Shown: positions 1 to 13,324, numbered from the stretch's first letter. The stretch: 64,000 bases of DNA from the human T2T-CHM13v2.0 reference genome, Homo sapiens (GCF_009914755.1 NC_060931.1); one strand, 5' to 3'. Notes: generated from the sequence alone by a model not told the origin. Translations and numbers: made by a program.

Positions 1-87
1 GAGGTCAAGGCTGAAGTGAGCTGTTTGCACCACTGCACTCCAGCCTGGGTGACAGAGCAAGACCCTGTCTCAGGAAAAAAAAAAAAA

Positions 88-164
<77 letters not shown>

Positions 165-190
165 AACAGAAAAAAAGAAATAAGCAAACA
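1..190 (+). mobile_element. Alu (AluJ-like) 3' end with (GAAA)n tail
   Basis: GAGGTCAAGGCTG..GTGAGC..CCACTGCACTCCAGCCTGGGTGACAGAGCAAGACCCTGTCTC, then poly(A) and a GAAA microsatellite. Confidence 0.95.
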
Positions 191-506
191 AACAAAATTA
201 AGTTACAACTGTGAATTATTTTAGCTAGAATGCTGTTGAGCACCTTTGCCACAGCAGTAAGGCAAACCATCATCCCTTAATATGAGTATTTGATGCAAGT
301 GAATGACCTTTAGTTTTCTGCAGCACATCCACTCTGTACAACTCAAATCAGTGATCGTATGACAACTCCCAAATGTCTTAAGTAAGTTTTGGACTAAAAA
401 CAAATATTGACGTTAAGTGTGTAAGATGTCGGAGAGGAATCCATTGGGGAAAAAGCTGGAGAGCACACACAGAAAAGAATGATGAGGGTAGCTAACGGCT
501 ACAGTT

Positions 507-585
507 AGCTTGGAATTTTGATGGTAGGAGGGAATAAAAAATTCCAGTCTCAGCTTGGAATTTTGATGGTAGGAGGGAATAAAAA
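507..585. repeat. 34-bp perfect direct repeat with 11-bp spacer
   Basis: AGCTTGGAATTTTGATGGTAGGAGGGAATAAAAA at 507-540 and 552-585. Confidence 0.95.
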
Positions 586-969
586 GAATCAGAAAGGCCA
601 TAAGTTTGGAACATCCATCAATAGTTTCTACAATGGTTCTAAAAATGTGATTCCCTTAGACACAGATGCTTTTTCAAACCTACACTCCTCTCAGGTGCAA
701 TGCAAAAAAAGTATTTTTAGGTATTGTCTATAAAAGCTACTATGGTGCTGGAGAACAAAAAGTAAATACAGAATTAGCTCCAAGGTCAATGTTGTTTTCA
801 TATAGCTCTAGGCCATACTACAAAATCTCTACCCATGACCTTGCCCTGAATCCTGACCAATGGACACAGCAGAAAAGAAAAAAAAGATAGGAGGATGAAT
901 CAGAACCTTTGGTTGCCATCGTCCTGAAATTGCTAGCCATTCACAAATAAAGTGGGCAACAAATTAGGC

Positions 970-1065
970 CCAGCTACTCAGGAGGCTGAAGTGGGAGGAT
1001 CCCTTGAGCCCAGGAGTTCAAAGCCAGCGTGGGAAACTTAGTGAGACTCTTTTAAGAAAAAAAAA
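970..1065 (+). mobile_element. Alu monomer fragment (FLAM/FRAM-like)
   Basis: CCCAGCTACTCAGGAGGCTGAAGTGGGAGGATCCCTTGAGCCCAGGAGTTC, followed by an A-rich tail. Confidence 0.85.
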
Positions 1066-1254
1066 ATTTTTTTTTCAAAAAAAAATCAAGTTTAAAATGC
1101 AAATGGAATCTAGAGATTTTATTGAATATTAGAACGGCTCGCTGAAGTATTATTGGGCTTTAAAGGCTTCACTGAAGGGCTCCCTCTCTTTTCGTCCTCC
1201 ACTCCCAGGATGGTTATTCTACCTGTCAATTCTTTCGGAAAGGAAATAGAATAG

Positions 1255-1465
1255 AGTAGCTGTTAAGAGCTCAAGTCCTGGAATCATACAATCATAGGAT
1301 TGAATCCAAGTGCAACTGCCTACTAGCTGGGTGGTCCTCAGGACATTATTCAACCTCTGTGTCTCAGTTTCCTCATCCTAAAAAAGACACAATATTACCT
1401 GCCTCATAGAATTATTGAGAGTGTTGCTGAGCTCAGTGCTTGACAAAGATTCAGTAAATGTGACC
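1255..1465 (+). mobile_element. MIR SINE
   Basis: MIR core TTCAACCTCTGTGTCTCAGTTTCCTCATC..ATTACCTGCCTCATAG. Confidence 0.8.
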
Positions 1466-2676
1466 CATTCACATTCAACACATTCCTTGTTAACAGAGTA
1501 GGAAATTAAGGGGCTGCTAGCTTAGGGAAAAAAATGTCTTGAAATGGTACACCAGCATCTTGGGCACAAAGGAAAGATGTACTGTGGACTCCTAGTAAGA
1601 GTGAATACTGGATGGCTTATTGGAAGTGAATATAGAAAGTGACAGCCCCACCATTACCAAGGAAGGGCAGAAAGGATGCAGTCTGCCCATAGCCGTCCTT
1701 GTTTGAATGGATATTTGTGTGAGCAACAGATTAAGGTTTAACGTTTTTGCTTTTAACTTTTAAAGCTCTTGAAGACCCGCTTCCAAGTGAGCTTTAGGAA
1801 CTCTGAGCCAGCGCTTGCCTTCAGGGGCTTTGAGGAAATGGAGCTTTGGACTTTGGGGCTTAGTAGAACATTAAAAGGATTGTACATCTCTTTCCTTACG
1901 TAGCTCCCAAGCAGGGAAGATCATTGCTCATTTTAAAAAGCTTTCGTTTTTCAGGGGCCCTTGGCACCTCAGATTCATTTTATATCTGAGTTTATAGCTG
2001 TTATTTATAATTTTTTGGTGGTCTACATTTATCTTCTTTATGGTTTTTTTTTTTTTTTTGGTCTCTCTTTTCAAGTATTGTTTTTTAGAGAATGCACTTT
2101 GGGTTTAGAACCCAGCTAATATGCAAAAATGACCACTGTGAGGTTTTGAAACGGATGGATAACAGATCGGTAGATTACTTTTAAAACTCTTTTACAAGAT
2201 GATTTTTAAAACTATTTTTTAAAGTTAAGGATACCACTTTACAATATATAGTCATTTAACACATGTAATTTAAGAAACGGCAACATGGGGGATGCTTTTC
2301 AAGCCTTTTATCTGAGGCTCTCTGAATTAGTTTTTTTTGTGGTGAACCCACCTGTCCAATGTATTATGTAGAAAACTGAGGTTCCAAGAGGCTTAACAGA
2401 ATCACTTAAGGTCTTTAATAAATTGTAGCCAATCCAGACATAGAGTTCAGGACCCTTGACCAGTGCAGGATCCTATATGTTCATCAGAATGACTTAGAAG
2501 CTTTTCAGAATTGAAGGCTTTCCCATCCTTACCTGCTAGAGTCCATTTCAGGAATGTGGGAAGATATCCAGGAATATTCCTTTTTATACATACTGCATTT
2601 AATAATCCTTAAGTCTGGTAGTCCCTGAATCACACTTTGAAAACCACATCTTCAAATCCAATTCAGAGCCCTAAAA

Positions 2677-4374
2677 CAGTGAGCCCCAAACTTTTTGGTT
2701 ATAGGAAACAGTTAAACTTTAAAAATTTATCTAGGATCTCAAAAAGTTTTTGTTTTGATAGGTCATGTCTATCAATATGTATTGTACTAAAATTTTTAAA
2801 TGGGATGTTTTAAAAATATTTATGGCTGGACGTGGTGGCTCACGCCTATAATCCCAGCACTTTGGGAGGCTGAGGCAGGTGGATCATGAGGTCAGGAGTT
2901 TGAGACCAGCCTGACCAACATGGTGAAACCCCGTTTCTACTAAAAATAAAAACATTAGCCAGGCATGGTGGCAGGTGCCTGTGATCCCAGCTACTCGGGG
3001 GGCTGAGGCAGGAGAATCGCTTGAACCCGGGAGGCAGAGGTTTCAGTGAGCCGAGATCATGCTACTGCACTCCAGCCTGGGCAACAAGAGTGACTCCATC
3101 TCAAAAAATTAAATAAATAAATAAATTTACTTATACACTCATAAAAATAAGAAACCTATTGTATGTTAATATAATAACACATTGGTTATAAAATAACTAT
3201 ATTTTCTAAGATAAAAAATATGTAGTGGTATAATTTTAGATTTTTCCAAATCTCTTTAATGTCTGGCTTACTAGAAGGCAGCTGGATTCTCATATCTTCT
3301 TCTGCATTCAATCCGTTGCAATCTGTTGGTTTGGGCTAATGTATATGAAGAAATCTAGCCTCACACAGATAGTTAGTTGGAAAAGAAGGGACTATTTTAA
3401 TAACCTTTTTACATAATTGTGGGTATTCTTTTTTGCTATTACATCAAAACTCAAGTTTCTTAAAGATTCATTACAATGTAGAATTTGAAACCATGTGGAT
3501 TAACTTTTCATATTCTGTCACATTAAAATTCATGGTTTGCTTCCATTTTGAATAATCTTTTACCTGTTCTTGATTTTGTAATATCATATGTTAGTCATTT
3601 GGAAAATAATGTTTCATTGAGGTAAGCAGATCTTCCACATTTTGGCATATTTCACTACACAATATTTTAAAACTCATACTCATTACTATTACCTGAAAAA
3701 GGCACCAAATATTGAGAAGTTATCAAGCTAATAGTGGCAAATATAAACTTTCCAAAATTCGAATTTTCACTCGAAAGCTCGAACTTTATCATTGGCAACA
3801 AATATCTAATAGTTTTTTTTTTCTTCTTATGACAGGCTTACTTGGTTAAGTTTGGAAAGGTTGAAAAGGCATATTTCATATGTCCATTGTTCTTTCAAAT
3901 TAAAAGTGTTCCATTAAAAAAAAAAAGCAGCTGGTTTAGTCTGCAACCCAAACACTTGCACTATTGCTTGACCTTGAGGCAACTGTTGGCCTCTGGTGCT
4001 TTCTCAGCACTTCCCATTTCTCATACAGATTACAATGACATGTTCTCAAAGGTGGAGATTTCATAGAGTTAATCACTTGTATTGCTTTACCAGGGACACT
4101 CTTAAATGAAACTAGGTTTTGTTTGTTTGTTTGCTTAACTGCAAATGCAGGATGGTGAGGAACACAATGACTACTAGTGCAATTTGGTGCCACTGCCTTA
4201 ATCTGTGCTAAGGGGCCAGCAGTTTGCTTTTGCCCTTACAAGGCAAACGTCAACACTGAGACAAAGGCAAATAATGTCCTACGATTTTTATAAACCAGTT
4301 TTGATCTTGCAGGTCTTCTGGAAAGGTCCCCAGGACTCCCAGAGTTTGTGGACCACATTTTGAAAAAAACACTG
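2677..4374. mobile_element. hAT-Charlie DNA transposon remnant (Charlie2-like), interrupted by an Alu
   Basis: Termini CAGTG..CAAACTTTTTGG and ..GGACCACATTTTGAAAAAAACACTG; 8-bp TSD CCCTAAAA (2669-2676)/CTCTAAAA (4375-4382) resembling the Charlie NTCTAGAN target. Confidence 0.8.
2824..3125 (+). mobile_element. AluS (Sg-like)
   Basis: Full dimer; GGATCATGAGG variant in the left arm; (AAAT)n tail. Confidence 0.95.
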
Positions 4375-5769
4375 CTCTAAAAAACCAGCTTGCTATGATT
4401 TTAATGTAATTCAGACTGGAAAACAAAACACATAATTTAGCAGGATGTCCTCATTGTTATTGGCTTATCCTCCCCTAGAGAAGGGACACAAATGAGTAGA
4501 ATTAATTAACTCATCATTCTTTTCAAACCATCTTAAAAAATCAGTTGTCTTTATAGAGCTTAGCAAGCTGGGAAGTATGCAGTATGAGATAAGAACTCAT
4601 CACCATTTATAGAGTGGATGATAACCCCAGTGTAAAATAATTACAATGTTTGGAGAATCCATAACTTATTTTAATCTTGGCCCAATACCAAATCAGGATT
4701 TTAAAAGCATTTAGGAGAAGTTTAGGTGATGGTGGCTCTTGGGACTCTTTCATCACAAAGGAAAACATATTCCTTAGCTAGGCATACTTTGTATACCATT
4801 AGCAACACAGAAAAAAAAAACCCTCCACCCAACCATAGACATAGTGTTATGAATGTTGGGGGCTGAGGGAATTGCTATTGAAAAGATAACAATGGCATGG
4901 GGGAAGTAAAAATGAATTTCTCTTTGCCCCTTAGGCATTCATCTGTCAATGATTGGATGTTACCTTTGTATGCCTTTCTCCCTTCAGGCACAAAGATGGA
5001 ATGATGCTTGGAACTCCGAGTAAAATTTGAATAGGCTAGACATCTGCCTTCTGGCTATAACTTTCTATACAGCCAAAGCAGCTAAGAGCCTTAAAGTCCC
5101 TTCCATCTGACACAATTTGCCATAACTAGGAAACTTTAATGTATACTTTAGAAATTTAGAGACATTGAATGACTTTGCAATTAGTTTTCAGTTATTGCCT
5201 TCAGTCTGTTGGGCACTGGTTTGGAGAGACAGTAAGAGCCCTGGGTGCCAGTGTTTTCTCATCTCCTCATTAACTAGTTGTATGACCTTTAGCAAAGGAC
5301 TCCATTCTCTCATCTCATATGTATAATGAGGGGGCCTAGATTTGAGAACACACAATATCTTGCAGTTGGAAGATATTTGGAGAATTGTTATCTAATTCAA
5401 TTATCTCTTTTAGAACGAAAATAGCCACTACTAATTTACCACTTACTACATCCAAGTTTTATCCTAAGTCTTTTGTATATGTGAACTCAATCATGAGCCT
5501 TATGAGGGAGACATTTATTGATATTAGTAAGTTTTGCTATAACATGATATATTGGTTCCCCGAAATCACTGCTCTATGCAAAATCATGCAATAAAACACA
5601 GGTCTTATAAGGAAATGGAGCTGGGGTATGATACTAAAAAATTTAAATGGTACTTTTTTTAAAAGATAGATACCTAATAAAAATGGTGAAATATTTAAGC
5701 AATACATAATGACTACAAAAAACCTGAAGCTTCCTTGTGGAGGTAAGCATCTGCACTCCCACTGGCCTG

Positions 5770-6059
5770 CCCACTTGCTACATGAGGGAAGAAGATTTAG
5801 GGGCCAAAAAAGGAAAGTGATGTACAGAAAATGGAACTGAGGTGCAGAAACAGTGGAACTGGTTACACGTCTACAATTTGCCTTATTTAAACTCGGTTTG
5901 AATTTATTTGAACAGTCAACTGCCTTTGATTGGCTGAAACTCAGTGGTTGGCACAAGAGTGAGTTACAGTCTGTTTACACATCCAGTTAGGTTACAGTCC
6001 ACTGTGTAGGGAGAAACCTGTAAAATATGTAAACAGGCAGGTTTAGGCTAAACTTAACA
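5770..6059 (-). mobile_element. ERV1 3' LTR, MER57-like (distal end eroded)
   Basis: Minus strand begins TGTTAAGTTTAGCCTAAACCTGCC..GTAACCTAACTGGATGTGTAAACAGACTGTAAC, matching the recalled MER57 LTR; abuts internal sequence. Confidence 0.75.
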
Positions 6060-6469
6060 ATTCTCCACTATTAGTCAACCTCTCAATTGAGAGACTGACC
6101 AAAACTTTAGGCATTGGTGTCACTCTGTCACCTTTGTAAAGGTACTTATTTGGTTTCAAATCCCACTGAGAAATATCAGAACAGTGGGTTTTGTAAGGCA
6201 GGAACAAAGATTTCAGGTTATTATTATTTTTTAAATGTTAGAGTAGGGGGGACTTTTTGTGCTGGAATCTCAGGAGAAAGACAAAACCTGGTCTGTTTTA
6301 GGATCTGTTTCCTTAAAGTTTCAGTTTGATTATGTTGCATTTAGCCTAAGTGACTCCATTTTGGTTTGGTCTGGTCTGTTGGGGCCTAGGGCTTGAGCTC
6401 AGTCCAAAACAATGGCTTCTCACAATTTTGTTTAAAATTACACTTTGATCAGAGTCTCACTTAGGTGAA

Positions 6470-7161
6470 TGATATGGTTTGGCTGTGTCACCAACCAAAT
6501 CTCATCTTGAATTGTAGTTCCCAAAATTCTTATGTGTTGTGGGAAGGACCTGACCTGAGGTAATTGAATCATGGAGGTGGTTACCCCCATGCTGTTTTTG
6601 TGAAAGTGAATGAGTTATCTTGAGATCTGATGGTTTTTTTTTTTTTTTTTTGAGACGGAGTCTTGATCTTTCACCCAGGCCGGACTGCAGTGGCGCTATC
6701 TCGGCTCACTGTAAGCTCCGCCTCCCGGGTTCACGCCATTCTCCCGCCTCAGCCTCCTGAGTAGCTGGGACTACAGTCGCCCACCACTGCGCCCGGCTAT
6801 TTTTTTGTATTTTTAGTAGAGATGGGTTTTCACCGTATTAGCCAGGATAGTCTTGATCTCCTGACCTTGTGATCCGCCCGCCTCGGCCTCCCAAAGTGCT
6901 GGGATTACAGGCGTGAGCCACTGCGCCCGGCCAATATCTGATGGTTTTATAAGGGGCTTTTCCCCCTTTGCTTGGCACTTCTCCTTCCTGCCACCATGTG
7001 AGGAAGGACGTGTTTGCTTCCCCTTTGCCTTCTGCCATGATTATAAGTTTCCTGAGGCCTCCCCAGCCATGCTGAACTGTGAGTCAATTAAACCTCTTTC
7101 CTTCATAAATTACCCAGTCTCAGGCATGTCTTTCTTAGCAGCATGAGAATGGACTGATACA
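6470..7161 (+). mobile_element. THE1C MaLR solo LTR, split by an AluY
   Basis: TGATATGGTTTGGCTGTGTC..GGACTGATACA; AAGGGGCTTTTCCCCCTTTGC typical of THE1C; TSD GTGAA/GTGAG. Confidence 0.9.
6634..6932 (-). mobile_element. AluY (Yk4-like diagnostics)
   Basis: Sense GAGATAGCGCCACTGCAGTCCGGCCTGGGTGAAAG; CpG-rich; TSD ATCTGATGGTTTT on both sides. Confidence 0.9.
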
Positions 7162-7559
7162 GTGAGAATGTGAATAAAACTTAGGGCCTTAGCACAACTC
7201 TCAGTTAACATCATTTTGGATTTCCAGTCTCAGCATGTCATTCATAGGTTACAGTATCTTCACGTTCATACATTCCTTTGAGTTTTTGTCAGTCCAGTTG
7301 AAGAGAGACCATTTAACATTCTAGATATGGCTGCATGTAAACATTTAAAACTTTTGAGAGAATTCAGCGCACCAGGGAGACTACTATTACGACTATCAGG
7401 AGGATAATACCAAGAGTTTAAGAGTGTCCTCCTTAGAGTCTCCATGAACGAAATGAATTAAAATCAAACAGATCAAAGAATGAGCTACAGGAAGAGTCTT
7501 CATTTCAACCAAGCAGCCTGTTTATTAATCCCCTACAATGGAATCTCTACAATACCCAT

Positions 7560-7800
7560 TGTATTCCTCCATGTACAAGAAGTGTCAACAACTACAGATA
7601 TTTCTCTGTTTGGCCAGTTAGTAATCTAGAGCAATTCTATTATTTAGCACATTAGCAAGATAATTTAGTCTGTTGTGCAACCACAGCCTTTACAGTAGAA
7701 TCTGCTACAGAGCCTAGAATGAGAGATAAATTTCTAATCATTGCCTCATTTACTCCAAATCATGAAAGAAAGAGACCTAACAAATGATGCCCTTCCAGAA
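7560..7800 (-). pseudogene. ERV env transmembrane-subunit remnant (immunosuppressive domain)
   Basis: Hand translation gives FGVNEAMIRNLSLILGSVADSTVKAVVAQQ, a frameshift, then VLNNRIALDY*LAKQRNIC, matching the gamma-type ISD pattern LxNRxxLDxLLAxxGGxC. Confidence 0.75.
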
Positions 7801-8566
7801 TAGTGAATGCCTCCTGGAAGTATTCTCTTTAACCTATGATCTAGGTTAGGAGAAGTAGACCAATGTTCTGTTTGTGACTGATTATGAAGCAACAATATAC
7901 CTCACATTTGCCCTTCATCTTCCATCTGTCAAGGCATGAGATTGTCCATGTGTAAAGCTGGCTGCAGAATCCTTCACAAATAAAAATATACCTCATGATT
8001 GCACATAACAGACTCTTTTTTACTTCTACTTTTCATAGAGGCATAAGCAGGGGAAAAATGGAGAGATAAGAATCTCGTGATAGCAGAGGTCTTGATCCCT
8101 GATCTTGGAAAAAAAGCTGTCTATGTCTGGGATGCTGTCTGCTTCTGGAGATAAACGTCCCTGATTAGCTTTACCTTACCATCTCCAAGGGGTATACAGT
8201 TCTAAGAGTCTGGAGGGGTCCTTCTGAGTTGTGAGATTATGAACCCAAGGTCCAAGGTGCCAAAGTTTTGCTGAAGTATGAGTGGCAAGGGCGGTCTTTC
8301 TCTGATGTTCTCAGAATCTCCAGGTTCTAGATTGTGAAGGGTTTGATTGTTCTCAGTCAGTGGACCATGAAAAGCTTTATTTGCCTGGTGGAAATATAGT
8401 TTGGCATAATTCATAATAATATATTTGGCATAGTGCATTAAAGCCTTTAGTCATATCAGAATTTAGTAGCAGAAAATACAGGAGCCTCTATTTTTAGGTG
8501 TGTAGGCCTTCCAGGAACTATTTCAGAAGGGGTCAGGTTACGTTTTTGTTTCATGGTGGGCAGTTT

Positions 8567-9033
8567 TACGCAAATCTTCCCCAAAGTCTGAGGAAGCTGA
8601 GAGGCTGAAGAAAGAGGATGACATATCCAGTTTCTCAGAAAGAAACATTTAATAGGGACTTACAAACAGAAGCCACATCTGTGTCTCGGGTGGTGGTGAG
8701 ATAGGGTGGTGACCTCTGCGCCATTACTCCCCAGACCTAGGGCTTATATACCACAGAGAAAGGGTGATTCAGAAGAAATGTGTAGAATAATTGAAGTATG
8801 ATAACGTCAAGGTTGTTACAGGGCAACATTTACAGTAAGATTTACAGTAAGTACCTGCTCTTACACAAGGAACAATAGGTAAACTGGAAATCTTTACAGA
8901 CTTACAGTAAGGGCAAGATTTACAGTAAGTACCTGTTCTTACACAAAGAATAATAGGTAAACTGGAAATCTCAGAGACCTCTCCAGAACTTGGGTTAATA
9001 GAAGCCAACATGTTGAGGTGAACTGCTTCCACA
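8567..9033 (-). mobile_element. ERV1 solo LTR (MER83-like) nested in the MER57-type internal region
   Basis: Minus strand begins TGTGGAAGCAG; 4-bp TSD GTTT at 8563-8566 and 9034-9037; internal 57-bp duplication. Confidence 0.65.
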
Positions 9034-9453
9034 GTTTTCTACTGGAAGTGGATCTGATTGTTACAAGACAATCCAGTCAATTAAGTTAGCTTTACCTAAT
9101 GGTACTGTATCTGTAATACCTTATTTGACTATTTTACAACTTGTCCAGTGAAACAAGTACCTCTATTATTAGATATTTCTCCAAAAGTGTCCCATGAGAA
9201 AAACACATTTTCTAACAACCTTTTAGATATCTTTATAATGACAGCTCTCTTTCATGGGAAAGCTTTTATACAACCAGAAAACATGCATTGAAAAGGAAAA
9301 TTGAATGAAATCTCTCTATAAATGTTTAAATGGCCCATTAGGTAACAGAAATGTACCTGAAGTTTTGATAATCTTCCCAGGATTATAGGTTTGACAAACC
9401 ATTCAAACATTGTTCATAAAACATTTTAGAAATTTAGAAAAGTCACTACATAT

Positions 9454-9639
9454 TTATTTATTTAGGATTATTTTATCTCTTCCATGATGAGTCATGGAAT
9501 GCAGAATTTTTAATAGTGGAAGCCTTAAGGACTTAGGAAGGACCAGGTAGCTGTCCACGCTCTTTATGGGTCCATGTTTAGCAATGGACTTATATCCTGT
9601 TAAATACCAATTTTGTTCTCCAATTAAGGTATGTAGCAT
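9454..9639 (-). pseudogene. ERV pol integrase N-terminal (HHCC) remnant
   Basis: ORF peptide ..LVLPKSLRLPLLKILHSMTHHGRDK; the C-terminal ..HNLEPGD motif appears in ORF 8202-8438. Confidence 0.7.
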
Positions 9640-10045
9640 TGTTCATTAGATGGGTTATCACAGGTAATTTGACTTGAACCATGGAGTTTATTCAAAACGG
9701 ATATCTAAACGATTTTAGTACTAGCTAATTTAGCATGAAAATCTGGCAAAGTATTTTCTTGGTATTCAATTAATTCTTGTCGTGCTTGGGTTAGCAGTTT
9801 TATAAGCCAGTAAGTCTCTTTATTAGAATTTTGGGAATTTTTACTCAGTCCAAATGATGTGATCCTAAAGTTATCAGAAACCTGTATTCAAGAGTGCTTG
9901 TCAGGGTCCTTTTCATCCTTTCTGTGAATCAAGCTACCAAGGTTTATAGCCAGTTTGTAAAAGTCCTGGATATTTAACATTCAGCTCTTCCAAGGAAGTA
10001 AGAGCAGGCTTAAGGACAAGCATGGAAGCTCCCTGACTTTCAGTG

Positions 10046-10047
<2 letters not shown>

Positions 10048-10084
<37 letters not shown>

Positions 10085-10205
10085 TTTGAGAGATAGAGAC
10101 TCACTTTGTTGCCCAGGCTGTTCTCAAACTCCTGGGCCCAAGCCATCCTCCCACCCCAGCCTTTCAAATTTCTGGGATTACAGGCATGAGCCACCACAGC
10201 TGGCC
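10048..10205 (-). mobile_element. Alu monomer (FLAM_C-like) with (TTTA)n tail
   Basis: Single left-arm-type monomer; 14-bp TSD TGACTTTCAGTGTT at 10034-10047 and 10206-10219. Confidence 0.9.
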
Positions 10206-10376
10206 TGACTTTCAGTGTTGTTGGAAGCTTGGAGAAAGGCCTGACATCACGACAACCAATAAGTAAATAGCTATGGTTATAGTCAAGCCATTAAAAGGAT
10301 GAATCCCAACTCCAATTTACAGATAAGTATACTGAGGCCCATAGAGGTTCATTGATTTCCGATGGTCACACAGTAT

Positions 10377-10975
10377 TGAAACGACCCCTATAAACTTTAT
10401 AAAATTAATCAGGGAAGAAGAGAGAGGGAGAAATGAAAATAAACCAAGTTTGCAGCACATTCAGCATTAATCATGAGGTGAGCTTGCTCTCTGACTACTT
10501 CCTCATAGTCTTTTGGTGCCTGTTACCTCAGAATCATGTAGATCCTATTACAAGATTAGAGTTCCCCTTAACTGCTCTATAGATAACAACTTGAACATTA
10601 TTAAATGTTGTTTTCCCTTTGAGATATTGCTTTAGGACCTTCAGGTCCTGTATGCTGATGAAACTACTGACTCAGCTAGTCTGAAGAACCCCATGAGGAG
10701 CCAATTCACCAAAGAAAGCAGTTTCCACATCTTGATTATATCATCCCCCTTGCCCCGACCAATCAACAATCCCAATTTTCCAGCCCCTCACCTTCCATGA
10801 TCCCCTTAAAAACCCTATCCCAGAACTCCTCAGGGAAATAGATTTGAGGGTCTCCTCCCATCCCCTGGCTCAGTGCCTGGCAATCACTAAACTCTTTCTC
10901 AGTTGCATCCCTGTTGTCTCAGTGCATTGGTCTGTTACTGCACAATGGACACACAAACCTGTTGGTTTTATAACA
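10377..10975 (+). mobile_element. ERV1 solo LTR (MER72/LTR26/LTR45-like group) inserted in a MIR
   Basis: TGAAAC..ATAACA termini; TSD GTAT/GTAG; family name uncertain. Confidence 0.7.
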
Positions 10976-11094
10976 GTAGGATGATTAGATCTCAGGTATT
11001 TGCACTCCTATTTTATTTAACAGTCTAAAGCAGTGGTTCTCAGAGGTTAGCCTGCATTAGAATAACCTAGATAAATATAAAATGCAGAGGTGAA

Positions 11095-11325
11095 ATGTAA
11101 GGTCTGGAAGCGCATGACTTTGACTTCAATACCAGCCTGCCACCTGACAGCTGTGTGACATTGGGGAAGTTGCTCAACTTCTGTGTGCCTCAGGTTCCTT
11201 ATCCTAAAATGTTGCCAATAATAGCAACTTGGTCATTGGGTTGTTGTGAGGATTAAATGAGTTAATATTTGTAAAGTGCTTAGAAGTGTGCCTGGCACAG
11301 AAGAATTACTCAATAAACATTATCT
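11095..11325 (+). mobile_element. MIR SINE
   Basis: GCTGTGTGACATTGGGGAAGTTGCTCAACTTCTGTGTGCCTCAGGTTCC..GTTGTGAGGATTAAATGAG. Confidence 0.85.
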
Positions 11326-11524
11326 TTCACCTGTCTGTCATTCTTTCTGGCTCTGAAAAAAGACTTTGATTCTGGGATTCAGTTTCAGTCAATATCAGTT
11401 ATTGGTCTCAAATATATATTTGATGCTTGTGTCCCTGATAACATGTGTTAAGATGTGGCATTAGAAAAACGAGACAGCAAAAAACAGAGTTCATTCATTC
11501 CAGAGGCTCAAAGCCACAGTGAAT

Positions 11525-11805
11525 GTCAGTTCATTGGTGAAAATGTCACTGGGTAAGTGTTCTTTCGCAAGCATCTTATCTGAATTACGGCAGTCCTAAA
11601 GAATGTCTAGTGATAAACCTTGTCATAGGCAGGTGATGTGTGAAGGATGCAAACGAGTTTCTTGGGGAGTTTTTTGAAAGCCCTTGGAAACAGTTCTTAT
11701 TTTGGACATGAAAGCATGTGCCTCCTCTCCCCTTCATGTGTTTCTGGCCTTATTTTGTCTAGGTCTGGCAAAGGTGATTTCATCTCATTATCTACAACTT
11801 TCACA
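11525..11805 (-). mobile_element. ERV1 LTR fragment (MER34/LTR48 group)
   Basis: Minus strand begins TGTGAAAGTTGTAGATAATGAGATGAAATCACC. Confidence 0.55.
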
Positions 11806-11839
11806 CCTCCAGAGACTTGAATTCAGTTGCCTGTGATAG

Positions 11840-12073
<234 letters not shown>

Positions 12074-12275
12074 TAGAAACATGCACTTAAATACCGGCAA
12101 CATTTTGCATACAATTTCAAAAGATTCAGAAACTCCTGCAGTGCACTTGTGCATTCTCAGGTTCAGAAGGAAGAGACACATATAAACAAAAATAATGTCA
12201 ATCAAGACAGACCATGAAAAGGTCTATAAGAAAGGAATGGAAGGAAGGAAAATACCTTCTACTGGGAATGCTGTG

Positions 12276-12570
12276 TTTTTTTTGAGATGGGATCCTGCTC
12301 TCTTCTCCAGGCTGGGGTGGAGTGGTGTAATGATGGCTCACTGAAGCCTCAATCTCCTGGACCCTCCTAACTCAGCCTCCTGAATAACTAGGACCCCAGG
12401 CATTTGCTGCCATGCCTGGCTAATTTAAAAAAAAAAATTTGTAGAGGTGGGATCTTACTATGCTTCCCACTTTGGGCAACCCCTGGGCTCAAACCCCTGG
12501 GCTCAAGTAGTACTCCCACTTTGGCCTCCCAAGGTGTTGGGATTACAGGTGTGAGCCACTGCACCTGACT
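12276..12570 (-). mobile_element. AluJ
   Basis: Diverged full dimer in reverse orientation. Confidence 0.9.
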
Positions 12571-13011
12571 GGAACGTTTCTTGAGGAGGAAAGACCTGTT
12601 CTGGACCTTGAAGGTGAGGAAAGTCTAACATGGGGCTCTCAGGGCAGAGAGAGTATATTAAGTGAAGGCCCAAAAAGTGTGAAGGTGCAGGGAAACTTGA
12701 AAAATAGAGAAGCAGGCAAGAAAAATAGATATATTGGGAGTGAAGTCTGAATTGGATTCAAACTGAATCCTAAGTTTGAGGATCCCTGCAGGGCTTGCTT
12801 ATGGAGAAAGGTGGCCTGAATGAAGGTTAGGAGGGAGGTCAGGGATAGAAACATGAATATCAGAGAGAGCCTTGCAAAGGCCATAGTGGAAATGCTGAAC
12901 ATTAGTAAGATTACCAATAAGAGAAAAAAACAAAAAGAGCAAAAGAAGAACCTTGAACAACCACATTAAAGTCCCAGGTTTTTCTTAGCTGTAGATAAAA
13001 AACAGCATCAA

Positions 13012-13315
<304 letters not shown>

Positions 13316-13324
13316 TCAAATCAA

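Larger units (their letters stand above)
6060..9930 (-). mobile_element. MER57-type ERV1 internal region with decayed pol/env and nested insertions
   Basis: Contiguous with the LTR; contains integrase-like and env TM-like peptides on the minus strand. Confidence 0.75.

Noticed and set aside
5537-5956. 139-aa minus-strand ORF
   Set aside because: Spans the MER57-like LTR and AT-rich flank; no motif or exon structure supports it.
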